DNA of 64,000 nt, taken from the NCBI GenBank assembly GCA_964658305.1, contig OZ210885.1:18166001-18230000 (forward strand), given 5' to 3'. Shown one piece after another: positions 22,570-34,328 of this stretch. The stretch comes from Leptogorgia sarmentosa. Lineage: Eukaryota. How positions within the stretch are numbered: the stretch's first letter is position 1; each line of letters opens with the position of its first letter. Both the position numbers and the translations under genes were made by a program. The notes beneath the pieces were generated by a model. That model worked only from the letters and a program-made list of their open reading frames with translations, was not told the origin of the DNA and made no database searches.

Positions 22570-24285
22570 CAGAATTATTTTGGAAAAATGTCAGAGTTAA
22601 CCTGGGAATTTCTTAAAAATAACGTTGGTATATCTGAAGTGAATGCAGAAATGGACACATGATGTAAAGCAATATTTAATACAATAGAAGATATAACGTC
22701 AGTTTATGATAACGACAAAGTTTTGGATGAGCGCATAAGGGTGTTAAAGCATGTTTTGTTACCAGCAGAAGACCAGTATGGTCGAAGTTTGCTTCATCTT
22801 GCAGCATCAGTTGGAAATACAAGGTTGGTTCGAAGCCTGGTTTGTTCTGGAGCACTAATTAACAACATGGACAGGATAGGACAAACGCTGTTGAGTCTGT
22901 CATTGTATAAAGGGCATACAAACGCAGCAAAATTCCTAGTGACGGTGTCTACAGCGGAGGACCTGTGTGATGCTGGGAAATTGGGTGTTAATGCTCTGGA
23001 CTTAATAAAGGACAAGGCCCCAGAACTAGTAAGCTTGGGAAAAAACAAAATAGACGAATATCAAACATTATTACATAACCTAAAAACAGCTTTCTCTGTA
23101 GAAGACATAACTGAAGACATGGAATGCGAAGACACCAGTTCCTATGCACAAAACAAGGAAAATTTCGGACATGCTGTAAATATCAACGTCGGTGATGAGA
23201 AGAACACTAACTATTCAGGGTTGTGAAAACCGTTGTCCGATCGATATTCTGTCCACGTTCCTGGTGGAGGGGACTTCCACAATTGCGGGTATATTAATGA
23301 GTCTATTGCACGAATTGCGGGTCAAGGAGGTTTTTGGAATGTTACAGAACACATACTCAAAAGGCCAACAATAAATCCATTGTCTTTCAAGAAGAAATTC
23401 AAGGACAATAACTTTAACAATAACGAGGAAGCTCTAATTGACTATGATGACAGTCTGTCAATTGCGATGATAAGAAAATGTGAAGAATAAGAATATTTTC
23501 CGACAGAGAATGAACTTGATGAGTGTATGAGAATGACAGGTTCTCATAACAATATTCTGCTTGAAAGGCTCGAAAAATGGATAGGTGATCAATCTTCTGA
23601 TGCAGTTTTTTCCTACCATGCTACCTTTATTAAAGACTTGATGCCGATAATGAGGTGGTGCAAAGAAAGTACGAGATATGGAAATGGTTTATCCATGGAA
23701 GATGTGTGGATGCTTTTGCCACAGCTTTATGCACAAGTTGGTAAAACGAATTACAGAGACGAAGCATTCACACAGTATGTATATGCTGTTGCACATCTCC
23801 CCCTGGCATATAGGAAAATGTACCAGCAGAACCGTTCAGTGAATGTTGATGGGAGGCAGGGGCGACAACTCGCAGGTGATGAGTGGGTGGAGAGCTACCT
23901 CGTACGTCCAGTAAAGCAATACGCCAGTGCACAAAGTTCTTTTGCTATGGTGCAACTAATGTCTTGTAGTGTAAGTCTATTGGAGATGAACAAAAGCATG
24001 TATAAGGATCATGGAGCATTTGACATCCACAACACAAAAAAACATAAAAAGCCAAGTTCAATGTATGACTGCCTTAAAGTTGCACAATTTGCAACCAACG
24101 AAAAGTGGTTTGAGTCCTGTGGTAGAGGCAAAGTTCCAAAGTATGCATGGGGAGGCACATCATGCAAGTCAGAAGATTCAGTCGCCTCCCAGTACATTGA
24201 CCCTCTTTCAAAAGGAGATAAGAAAGCAAAAGAAGAATTTATCCCTTTTTTGCACAGAAAGTACTCAAATCACATGGATAAATAA
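22570..24285 (+). pseudogene. Academ-like transposase C-terminal part containing ankyrin repeats
   Basis: Ankyrin: GRSLLHLAASVGNTRLVRSLV..GA.IN..D..GQT. Then NVGDEKN, GGGDFHN, GKTNYRDE and AGDEWVESYLVRPVK (Academ/DUF6589-like catalytic motifs). Stops and frameshifts present. Confidence 0.65.
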
Positions 24286-24540
24286 ATGATGATGGTTTCA
24301 ATTGGTTTAATCATCATGAAATTATGAAATATAAAAATTGTTACTTCTGTATATAGTATCAATTCCTTAAATTCCTGGAATTTAGATCAACAGTGTTGGC
24401 TTTCTAGATCACACTGCCTGTGCAACACCACAGCGTTTTTGGATTACATTTGAAATGGTTCTTTTTAATAAATGGTAAACTTCACCCCTTGTGGTTCTTG
24501 ATCCACTGTTTTTTTGTGCAGCTTTCACTACACTGAAAAT

Positions 24541-26482
24541 TTATTTAACTTTCTCAAATTTATGAACATGCATGTTGAGTGCTAATAATTCATGGGCTTT
24601 TGAACCTAAAGTAATATAAAAACAAATGTTTCTACCTTTCTTTACAACTTTTTCAGCAAGGATGTCCTTAGCAATCAAAATGTGCAAAAATTTCTCGAGC
24701 AACACAACTGCAGTGAACTTATTTTCTAAAGAACCATAATTGTCTAAAGCATCCATTCCATTGTCTTTAATAACCTTTTGATTGCTCTTTGCCAGAAATA
24801 ACTTCAGAGTATTGCATGTTATTTCTTTCCCAGAAAGTTCCACAATGGCTTGAACAACTTTCATGGCATCTGTTGTTCCATCATTTATTGCATATGTCCC
24901 CCTACTCTTGCAATTATCACATGCTGACACACAAATGAAGTTTTCTCTTGTTTCACCATAGTATGACATGACTGCTTTATGTCGGCACTTGACTGGGTTT
25001 TCTAAGAAGGCAACTAGTTCAACCACATTTGCATATTGTACGTCCTGTGCATTGTTTTCCTGGATGTTAAACAATTTGTATAAGGAAGCCTTGTCTGAAA
25101 AATTGTAGTAGAGATGACACAATGCAGAAGAGCCATCTCGTCCTGCATGTCCACACTGCTGGAAGTAATCATCCATACTTGGAGGTATGTGAGTATGGAT
25201 AACAAATCTCACATCAGAGCGATCCACACCCATTCCAAATGACGCATTTGCAACAATGACTTGAGCAGACTGATCAATCCATTTATTCATGCTTGCAGTT
25301 TTCACTTCCGCACTAAGGTGACCATGATACTTCACAGCATTAATTCCTCTTTTAACCAATTCAGAATGAATTTTAGCAACATCACTTGGCAGTACAGCAT
25401 AGATGATACCACACTGTCCCTCTTTTTCAATAATTATGTCAGTTAAGTCATCATATAGCTTTTTACCTTTTTCTTGGACTTCCAAGTGCAGGTTTGCTCT
25501 AAAAACAGAGTGTCTATACACACTTATATTTCCAAACATTTGTATCAATTCAGCTTCAGTCTTGTGATTAATTGTAGCACTTAGAAGAAGTTTGGTGCAA
25601 GATGTTCTTGCTAGCCTTTGGCAAACAAGTTTATAGGCAGGACGAAATGTTAGATATTGTGTGTGCCTCGTCGAACACCACACATTCTATGTCAAGACTA
25701 TCACACAACGAATATACCTTCTCAGAAAAAGCTCCATGTTCAAGCATTTCTGGAGTGCAGAATATCAGCTTATAACGTTCCAAATTTTGTGTTTGACTGT
25801 CTTTGATTTCAACGGGCATCTCACCAGTAATATGGCAAGCAGCTATGTCAAGCTCCTCGCACCTTCGTACTTGGTCAAAAATCAGCGACTTGATTGGAGA
25901 AATTACAAGCATTGGTTTGGAAGCCAGAACAGCTGGTAGCATATATGTTAGGCTTTTTCCACCTCCAGTATTTAGGGCAGCGAGTACACTTGTTTCACTT
26001 ACTATAGCTTCTATAACTTCTTTCTGAAGTGGGCGAAATTCTGCGAAACCAAAGTATGTTTTTAGAGTGTTCTCGATCAAAGGCGAATTGTTGCTTTCAC
26101 ATACAGACGCCTCTCGGCCGTCAAACAACTGGTTAATTGTTCTTTGAGAGTTGTCATTAACTACGTTGGTTGTTTGACTATAAACTTCCATGTTATGGGT
26201 GGAAACGTGGGGTAAGTTTGCCTTCTTTGTAACTGCATATCTGTATAAATTGGAGTGATCAGTAACTTCCACAAGTGTCACGTTGATATCACTCAGAACA
26301 CCCAGTTCAAGTAAACCAAATGAAGCCTTCAAGGCTGCTTCGTATGCAGAAATGGCTTCAACATGTGTTTCGAATGCTTTTCCAGCCTTCACAGAGTATC
26401 TGGTCAATACATGTTCAGCATTGGTTGGCAGGGAGGCAACTTTTTCTAAAACACGTTCTACTTCGCTACAGGACGCCGCCAT
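24541..26482 (-). pseudogene. RecQ-like SF2 helicase of AcademH (frameshift near 25650)
   Basis: FRPLQ, TGGGKSLTY, SPIKSLI.DQ, DEAH, LSAT, FGMGVD..DVRFVIH, QQCGHAGRDG, RQC Zn CRH..C..CDNC. Intronless. Confidence 0.9.
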
Positions 26483-26729
26483 TATATACACTATTTTGCA
26501 GTAGTGTTGTCAATTTCGGAACAAATATCTCGGCCCCTCTCCTACACAGGATATTTTGGTATGCATAACTTACATGCGCGAAGTGTCAACGAATTGTTCA
26601 ATTTTGGCAGGCATCTCCTCCTCTTCTTCTCCTTCCCCTCCCCCTCCCCCCTTCGTATTTTTGTTCACGCCACAGGTACCCAAGATAAAAGAGGTCAGAT
26701 CCAAGGAGATGCCTGCGGAGGAGGCTAAT

Positions 26730-26897
26730 CGAGACCATTGAAAGAATTCTCGCACAGTGAAAAAGTATTTGTGAAGCCCAACCCTAGTAATAAACATAAA
26801 CCATGGTTGTTTGGTGAAGTAATTGACAAACCAGAGCCACAGTCATGTGTCGTACAGACAGCGAAAGGTGAAGTTTGCCGAAACCACAGACAGATAA
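26730..26897 (+). mobile_element. Gypsy integrase C-terminal fragment
   Basis: KVFVKP....PWLFGEVIDKPEPQSCVVQTAKGEVCRNHRQI matches the W..G.V...PRSY.V.T..G..RRNR pattern. Confidence 0.55.
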
Positions 26898-27222
26898 AGG
26901 CTATCTTTAAAATGGGGAACAGGGAACCGGGGAACCAGGAACTAGGAACTGCGAACCAGTGGAGAACTGGGAACAAGTGAGAAGTATAACTTGGAACAGT
27001 TTTATGAGGTTAAATCAGCAATTATCAAATATTTCGTTCAATAAACCGAAACATATATAGTGTAAAGGAATAAAAGAATATTTCTATAGAAATACGCCAA
27101 CTACATTCGCACACAAAAATGACGTTCCTGCATGGACTTCGAAACTCAATGTGTTTACTTCCCAACTTGTACCTTTAATTTGAATTTTTTGCATATGAAC
27201 AAAGCGATGACATTAACCCAGG

Positions 27223-27451
27223 GGCCGGTTGTTCAAAGCTAGGGTAAGGCTAATCCTGGCCTGGGTTAAAATTTAATCCAGTGTTTTAGTCTGTGTATTT
27301 CTGCATATCTGTTTACTTCAAAACTTCAAAGAAGAAAACTGTTAATGATTCCGACAAGATTTCTAGAGGAACATTCCTAAATTCATGAACAAATTGTGCT
27401 TTGAATTTTAAGTGAACCCAGGGTTAAACTAACCGGCTTTTAAACAACTGG
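27223..27451. mobile_element. Harbinger-type MITE (degenerate)
   Basis: GGCCGGTTGTTCAAAG ... CTTTTAAACAACTGG imperfect TIRs. Internal AACCCAGGGTTA motifs. Confidence 0.5.
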
Positions 27452-30400
27452 TGTTTTTACGTATTAATAACTTATATACAACAAGTAATACAATCAGCTA
27501 TTCATAGTCGGAAAACTTTCCTTAGCTCAAACGTTTCGAAGGAATGATAAATCAGATATAAGTACTTTAAAATTAGCATTTACATCCCATAAATGATAAC
27601 TAAACTCAATGCAGTTATATAAAATACAGAGGCATTATTATGCGGGATGAATTCATTTTCAGTTTTCATCATGGCTGAAAGACCCAGTTAAACTCTTCTA
27701 CGAGCCTTCGAATGTGCTCCACTTTCAAATGGGAATGGAAATCTGCAGTTACAACCAGTTCCCTACCTATGAAACTGGGATATTTTGCTCGAATGCAGGC
27801 CGCTCTGAGATGAAAATGCACATTTTGTGGCTCGCTTGTGTATTGCAGAAGCCCGGTATTTCTATCCCTGTATTGACGTATATCATGATATACAACAACT
27901 AGATCATCTGGTAGTGACTCTGGAGGATTTTTAATATCTTTGTTGTAACCATAACATCGTGAAATACGTGTTCCAGGTACCCATTTCAGCCTAAAGTTGG
28001 GTTCTGATGGTGTGTTGGTAGCAGGAGAGATGTTATTACCAGCAGGTAAATTTTGGCTGAAAGGCTGCTGATTGTTTGTACACGGAACTGTTTGTTGAAA
28101 CGACCATCTACGAGGCATGGGACCAGTACTCGTAATATTTGAGGTGACTGGCGTTGGTTGTGTGCTGATAGCGGGGTCAATGGGAGCAATGGAGATCTGT
28201 TGAGCTGCTGATAGGGGGTGCGGATTTTCTGTTTGTGTGCTGGAAGAGCCATATCCATTCTCATCAAGGAGATCTCTTACCTCGGTGACTGGAGTTTTCG
28301 GACGATTACTCCTCTTTCGATTACTCCTGCGGTCTTTGGTGCACCTCCCAATGCCATATCTAATAATCTTGGACCACGTTTGGACCTTTTATACCAAGCA
28401 AAAAACTCACTTAAACTTCCACGTGTTTGGGCCACTGCCAGGATATGTTCGCATAATTTGGTGGAATTATTCACACAATCACGATCGCACTTCAGAGACC
28501 CGTCTTTCCCAGGAGTAACTATGTGGATTGTGTTTGAGTATCCTGAAACAATATATGACCCATCTGTGGCACCTGGTTTTAGAGTGATGTTTTCCGGTGA
28601 ATCTAGAAGACGATTTGCCTTGTCAAATATTGTCTCTAGAATTGGCATTGGTATAGTCGTTATACCACTTTCGAGGGCAGTGAAGGGAAGATGCTTATCT
28701 GATGTCGTGGTTTCGCTGGCACATGTACGCGCTGTGTCGTCATCGTGGACATCTATATGAGTTATCTTTCCTTCCATTCCAGTCTTCTGGTAAGCTTCCA
28801 GCTTTGCTACCCTTTGAGCATGGTCATCCTACTCCATTTCTGGTCGTCCACCACCAAATGTTGGAATTCTTCGCGAACCTATAGGAATTAGCCTTCATAA
28901 ATTGATGCATGTGCTACATATGAAATCATACGTGGTATAACCCGTATAGTGGCCTCGGGTTTTATGTGGTTTTACCTTGTACATGCCCTTTCCAAATACG
29001 GCCTCGATCTTCATTGCGGTATTGGGTTTCTATGATGTTCTTCACCTCCTGGATAAATTCTTGTGGTTTTTTGGCGTCAAACTGCAGAGAATGCTTGATA
29101 ATGAAGTTGGCTGATTCTGGGTCGTTGTTCAAATACTCTTTTGGTGGATCTCCCAAACCAGCTTCGATTCTTAATGGCTTTAACATTGATCCTTTCATAT
29201 CATTTGCCTGTTTTAAAAAGGTATCGACTTTGATGTAAGAATATTGTTTTGAATCATTCAAACTTTGGGTATAAAGACTATAGTCTGACTTGAGAAACAA
29301 TTCAACCATGAAAAATACCAATCGCCGAATTTTTATGCTATATTTTTCCCTGCTGATGCCGAATTTTTTCTTAATAAAAGTGTACACCTATTTCCTAGGT
29401 GCCACAGGCTAGACATGCAACAAGTATTGACAACAAGTATTGGTATATAGTATTGGTATATATTTTTGCGTTAAAAATTATAATTATAATAAACCTTTGA
29501 AGTGCTACATGCTACTGTTCATTCATGCATGTAAATACAATTCCCACATTACATTGCGATATATTGTTTTAACACTGGTACAACGTAAGCACTTTAAACA
29601 TTTATTAAAATATGTGTTCTATAGTCTTTTTTGAAAATGTGTTCTTCACCTACATTCAATGCATGCAAAAATAGTAGGTTTTTTCTCTAAAACTTACCTT
29701 TTCTTTGCAAAACCATTCGTAAAAACTAACACCACCTTTGTTCGATCGACCACATTCAGTTTCTCGCGCGTCCCATTTTTGCTTCAATCCGGTCAGCTTT
29801 ACATCGAATTCTTCTTCCGAGTTGCAATCAACCAAACCTTGATGCATTGTGTTTCCTTGTTGCTTACCAAATATTTCCGTAATAAATTCTTCGATTGTCT
29901 TATTAGGAAGACCTCGCCTTTCAAGCTCTCTCCTCAAATTATCTCTGAAATGAATAAAACATCTCAGGAACAATGCAAACCGAAAATTGCGTTTCAATCC
30001 ATCAATCAAGGCTTTCTCGCCGTCTGTTCTGCATGCCAATAATCCTTCGAGCTCAGAACATTCCGTTGTGAGGAAATTACCAAACCTGGCATATGTTTTC
30101 CAGTCCTTGTGTTGGTGCATGAGTAGAGGACCGATGAAGACTGGTGGGGTATTCGTTCTTTTGTTATCTAACTTCAGGTTTCGGTACGTTGTTACGGTCA
30201 AACTAATGTTCTCTTCGAATATGTTGAAAATTGGATCAACCCCAAAGATGCAAAAGTCATTCGGATTGGTACAGAATCGCTTAAGATCTTCAAGCTGTCG
30301 ATTGGTCGCAAGAATGACAAGAAAATCGGGATGGACTCTGCACTCCCTGATGAAGGTTGCGTCACTAGATATTTCTTCCTCACGTTTTGCTTTCTCGAGA

Positions 30401-30994
30401 AGGGCCCAGATTCTGTTAATTTCGCCCATTCCGTTATTCCTCAATGACTTCCGTTTTGACGAAAATCTCATGTTGTACAAATCCGTCGGACCTCTTGGTA
30501 GCTCTCCAATACTGCGTGCTTTTGTGACATCTCCCACAGAGCTATAAACTTTATCAAGCACCTGTTTGGGTGTTTCTTTCGAAGATGATTTTTTTAATGC
30601 ATCTCTTGTACTTGCAAGTATACGATGGTATGGCTTCTTTTGTTTGGCATTTCCATGAGGCAAGATAACATCCACAGCATGCTCGTTCCCTTGGAAGAGG
30701 TACTGAACAAGTGTGTATTTCAACATTTTGCCACGGTAATCTAAAAAATGTTAAAAGCTCAAACGAACGTTTCGATATAATTACGAAGTGTTTTTTATCA
30801 ATTTTTTTAATTGACCTGTAAGTGCTTTTGATTTTTGAAGAACAATATAAGCACTTCTCAATTATACTTCGTTTTGCTGATAAATATTTCTTATTTTGTT
30901 CTCCTTCTTTCCGGTTGTCAACTTGTAATCAGTGGAATGGGGGTATTCCACGAAAAATTAACCGAGGGATAATGCAATATTAATATATTCCAAG

Positions 30995-31166
30995 CAGGGC
31001 CGTCGCTAGAACAGTAATTGGAGGGGTGCATATTCATATTTTGGCGTTCTGCCGACTGATTTCTTTAGAAATTAATTCATAAACAACTGATTTCAGTCGG
31101 CAGAACGCCGAAATATGAATATGTACCTTCCCCCCCCCCCCAATTAACGTTCTAGCGACGGCCCTG
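30995..31166. mobile_element. hAT-like palindromic MITE in an intron
   Basis: CAGGGCCGTCGCTAGAAC / GTTCTAGCGACGGCCCTG plus internal inverted GGCGTTCTGCCGACTGA. No clear TSD. Confidence 0.7.
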
Positions 31167-34100
31167 ACGGCCCCGAGGGTGTGTATAGCCCGAGCGGTTG
31201 TGCTAGGTGCGTGGCGTAAACGCGTGACGCATGAGCAGGTAATTCAACCATATTCACCGCTGAATATGGAGTTGTCACTTGTTTCCATCTTGCAAACTGA
31301 TGAGACATCATTTTGAGATTGTATCGTCCCCCCCCCCCCTTTTTTTAATGTCAAAGTTAGTAAACCCGTTGGGATTAGGTTGAGGTTAACGGTTGGTTTA
31401 GGGTAAGGGTTAGTCTCAGTAAAATGATGTCATGTTAGCTTGGTAGATGGAAAAAAATAACGACTTTGAAAATGGCTGAATTCACCTTTATCCAAAAAAA
31501 GCACTATAAAATTAAGTGAAATACCGTATAAAGAATCGTTGTTATGTGGTAGGTATACTGTACTTGGCATGATTGGACAATTTAAATTTGAAGTATATTA
31601 TAAAAATATTATTATAATAAATAATATTAGCCTGCTGTCGTAGACTATCGGAGATAAATAATGAATTAGTTGATTTATAATTTTTTCCCTTACCTTGCAA
31701 AGTAGAAATGATCTTCCGAACATCATCACTTGAATTGTTTACGTAATATATCCTCTTTAGAATATACATGCTGGAATCTAATTCACCGACTGACGTTTCG
31801 ATTCTTCGAACATGTTGGATTTGCCTCACGTTTCCATCTTTGTCTCGATCAACATGAAAAATACTTTTTGGTGTTCCCGAATGCTTCCACGAACCCATAT
31901 CGTCACATTTGATGTCGTCAAGATTTTTTATCTTAGCATCATCGATAAGGAACGCAACGTTATGTTGAATGTCGATGGGTTGAGAAACACATAAGCGCTC
32001 AGTGTCATGATCTTCCAAAAGTATCCGAACCAACTCTTCACGCGTATAGCCGTCTTTCCTCCATGAGAAAACGGGGGTCATTGCATCATTGTTATATAAC
32101 GCTGACTGCTCATATTCTTGTTCGTCCAAACTAGACGCCGGACTGCAAAATTAAGAGATCAAGTTCTTATTAATCCTCCGGCTACTCAGAGTCCCAGTTA
32201 GAATCTTGTGTTGTGTTTAGCGGCTATGGTGTTCACAAGTCCACATATTCGAACTTTATTACATGCATGAACAATGCAATCTTATGCTAGCCACCACTGG
32301 TATTTTTCTTTAGACGCGACGTAATTACAATAGTACACTCTTGTATGAAAACATGAGATTTCAATTTTCAAATATATAATAATATCTGACGGTAAAATTA
32401 AAATATCAGTACCTGCTAGATCTCTCCACAACGTCATTCTCTTCGCTATTGGCGGAATCAAAAGGCGTATCGTCATCACATTCGTTATGCTGCAGTATAT
32501 CGAGTAAATTAAAAAGTTAGTAATATAAACCAAAACTAACTTGAACAACAAGGTAGTCTGTGGCAATTTTGCAGTCTTAAGCTTGTTCTCCAAATATGCC
32601 AAATTTAGGAAAAGATGTATGCATAAACTTTGCAGACATTGTTATTAGCGCGCAAATATTTCTGCTAGGGAATAGGAGCTAGCTTACCATTTTGGCACGT
32701 AAAATTTTATAATATACTCCATTTGTATTGTATACATACTTCAGTTGCTCAAACTATGCAAATCAACATTCTGTGACATAACTAAAATTTAAATTTTACT
32801 ACAAATTCACCGACAAATACTCACAGGTGCCGCCATTCCGGGTACAAAATCAACCATAATAGGGTAATCACTTGATGTTGAAGACCTCTCTACATCACTG
32901 TTATCCGCACTATCATCAGTATCGCCTTATTGAAACATAAAAAATCCACATGCAGTGTGAATGAATGAAACATTGAACCATTCAACAAAAGGCTAAGTTA
33001 TCGAAAAGTTCTTATACTGAACGTCCCAACCAGCAGGAACAATATCGTTTTCTAGCGAATCACAAATTGAATGCTGTATGAATTGTGGTGGACACGCTTG
33101 CTGCTTGTATGAATTGGACCCACAATCTCCATCGTAAAGAACTTCCTATTAAAAATTATTTACCTTAACTTATATAAATTAAAAACAAACTTACCACATG
33201 TACACTTGGGAGAACTTCAAACTCTTCTAACGAGCTTTCCAGTCTCGATATTTCGGAAATATCAAGCTGTTCTGCGGAAGTATCTAAATTAAATGTCATA
33301 TTTGAATATTGGGCTCCATCAGTCCAAGTTAAATTTCATTTGTGTATTTTTAAACGTATACGTTCATTTGGAAACCGTTTAAATACAGAAAACTACAATT
33401 TAACCATTGAGTTCTGCAGAAAAATTCTGCAGTGCACAAGTTTTTCTCAGAAGTTACTGGAAAATTTGCTTTGATTTTTAGTACATTCACTATAATTGGA
33501 AAAGCTATATTTAACGACACGTACACAAACCTCTCATATCTGTGAATGGCATTAACCATGCAAAACTTTGTGCCTCACTCCCACTTAATCCACTGCCTCT
33601 GAGACGCTTCAAAATCCACTGTACCAAACGTGTGCATGAGCGTGAAGTTCGATCATTCGTTGCCACTACAATTCCATTTCCGTCACCACCTTGGTCTTCC
33701 CCAATGGGGTGCGTGTCCACCACAAAATAGGAATTGTTGTGAATTCCAACCAAAAAGGTGTAGGGGCTACAAGTATAGATGCCTGCTCGATCTTCTGTTA
33801 CTGCTTGTTGGTGGAGCAATGCATCCAGAAACTCTTTTCTGCCTTCTTCCGAGAATACTCCGTTCGCCGATACGCATTCTTCAGACAAATCATAGTCGTT
33901 TCCAAGTAGTTCATTGTCCTTCAAGAGCGTCTTGGCTTCCGATGGCTCATACAATATTGATTGATCTCTTTTATCATTGATCCTCAGTGGCAAATTGGAT
34001 GTTATTTCTTCTGCCAATGTAACTAGATCATCCCACGAGAAATCATCTTGTTCTTTAACTTTCTGCAAAAAATGCGTCGCCTATTGCCATTGCCAAAAAC

Positions 34101-34328
34101 ACACAAGCGTTGGTGCCATCGTTTTTGGGAAATCGTTGTTCGAGGACAGTTGTACAATCTTCAATTTCCGCTGCTAATTCGGAATCAGCAATCTCCAGTG
34201 CAGAATTCTGGCTGACATTAAGATTTTTAACGACAAGAGATGCCACTAGATCGTTAGCCTGCGTGCAGCCTCAACCCGAATTTTTAAAAAATATCTACTT
34301 GAGTCTGCGCATCGGGAGAGAAAAGCTT

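Larger units (their letters stand above)
13320..26727. mobile_element. AcademH-type DNA transposon (degenerate; left end not in view)
   Basis: Convergent transposase remnants (+) and RecQ helicase (-). Right terminus reads TAGCCTCCTCCGCAGGCATCTCC on the minus strand, ending at 26727, a TAG-type Academ terminus. Confidence 0.72.
26899..34254 (-). mobile_element. MULE/MuDR-like element 1 (multi-exon transposase; one end missing)
   Basis: End GGCTATCTTTAAAATGGGGAAC with GGAAC subterminal repeats. GVDPIFNI, TDGEKAL, RCFIHFRDNL, NNDPESAN (DDE). SWIM CDRDC..LCEHILAV. C-terminal zf-PARP-like ISRCYG..HFHLRAAC. N-terminal NACVFLA..DTHP protease-like region. Confidence 0.78.

Noticed and set aside
24541..26482. 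Host RecQ/BLM gene
   Set aside because: Intronless, frameshifted, next to an Academ terminus and facing a transposase, so it is TE cargo.
34255..34328. Academ-like end TAGCCTGCGTGCAG (also CTGGGTACGAGGTT at 45487-45500)
   Set aside because: Isolated short matches with no partner end or TSD, so no element could be delimited.
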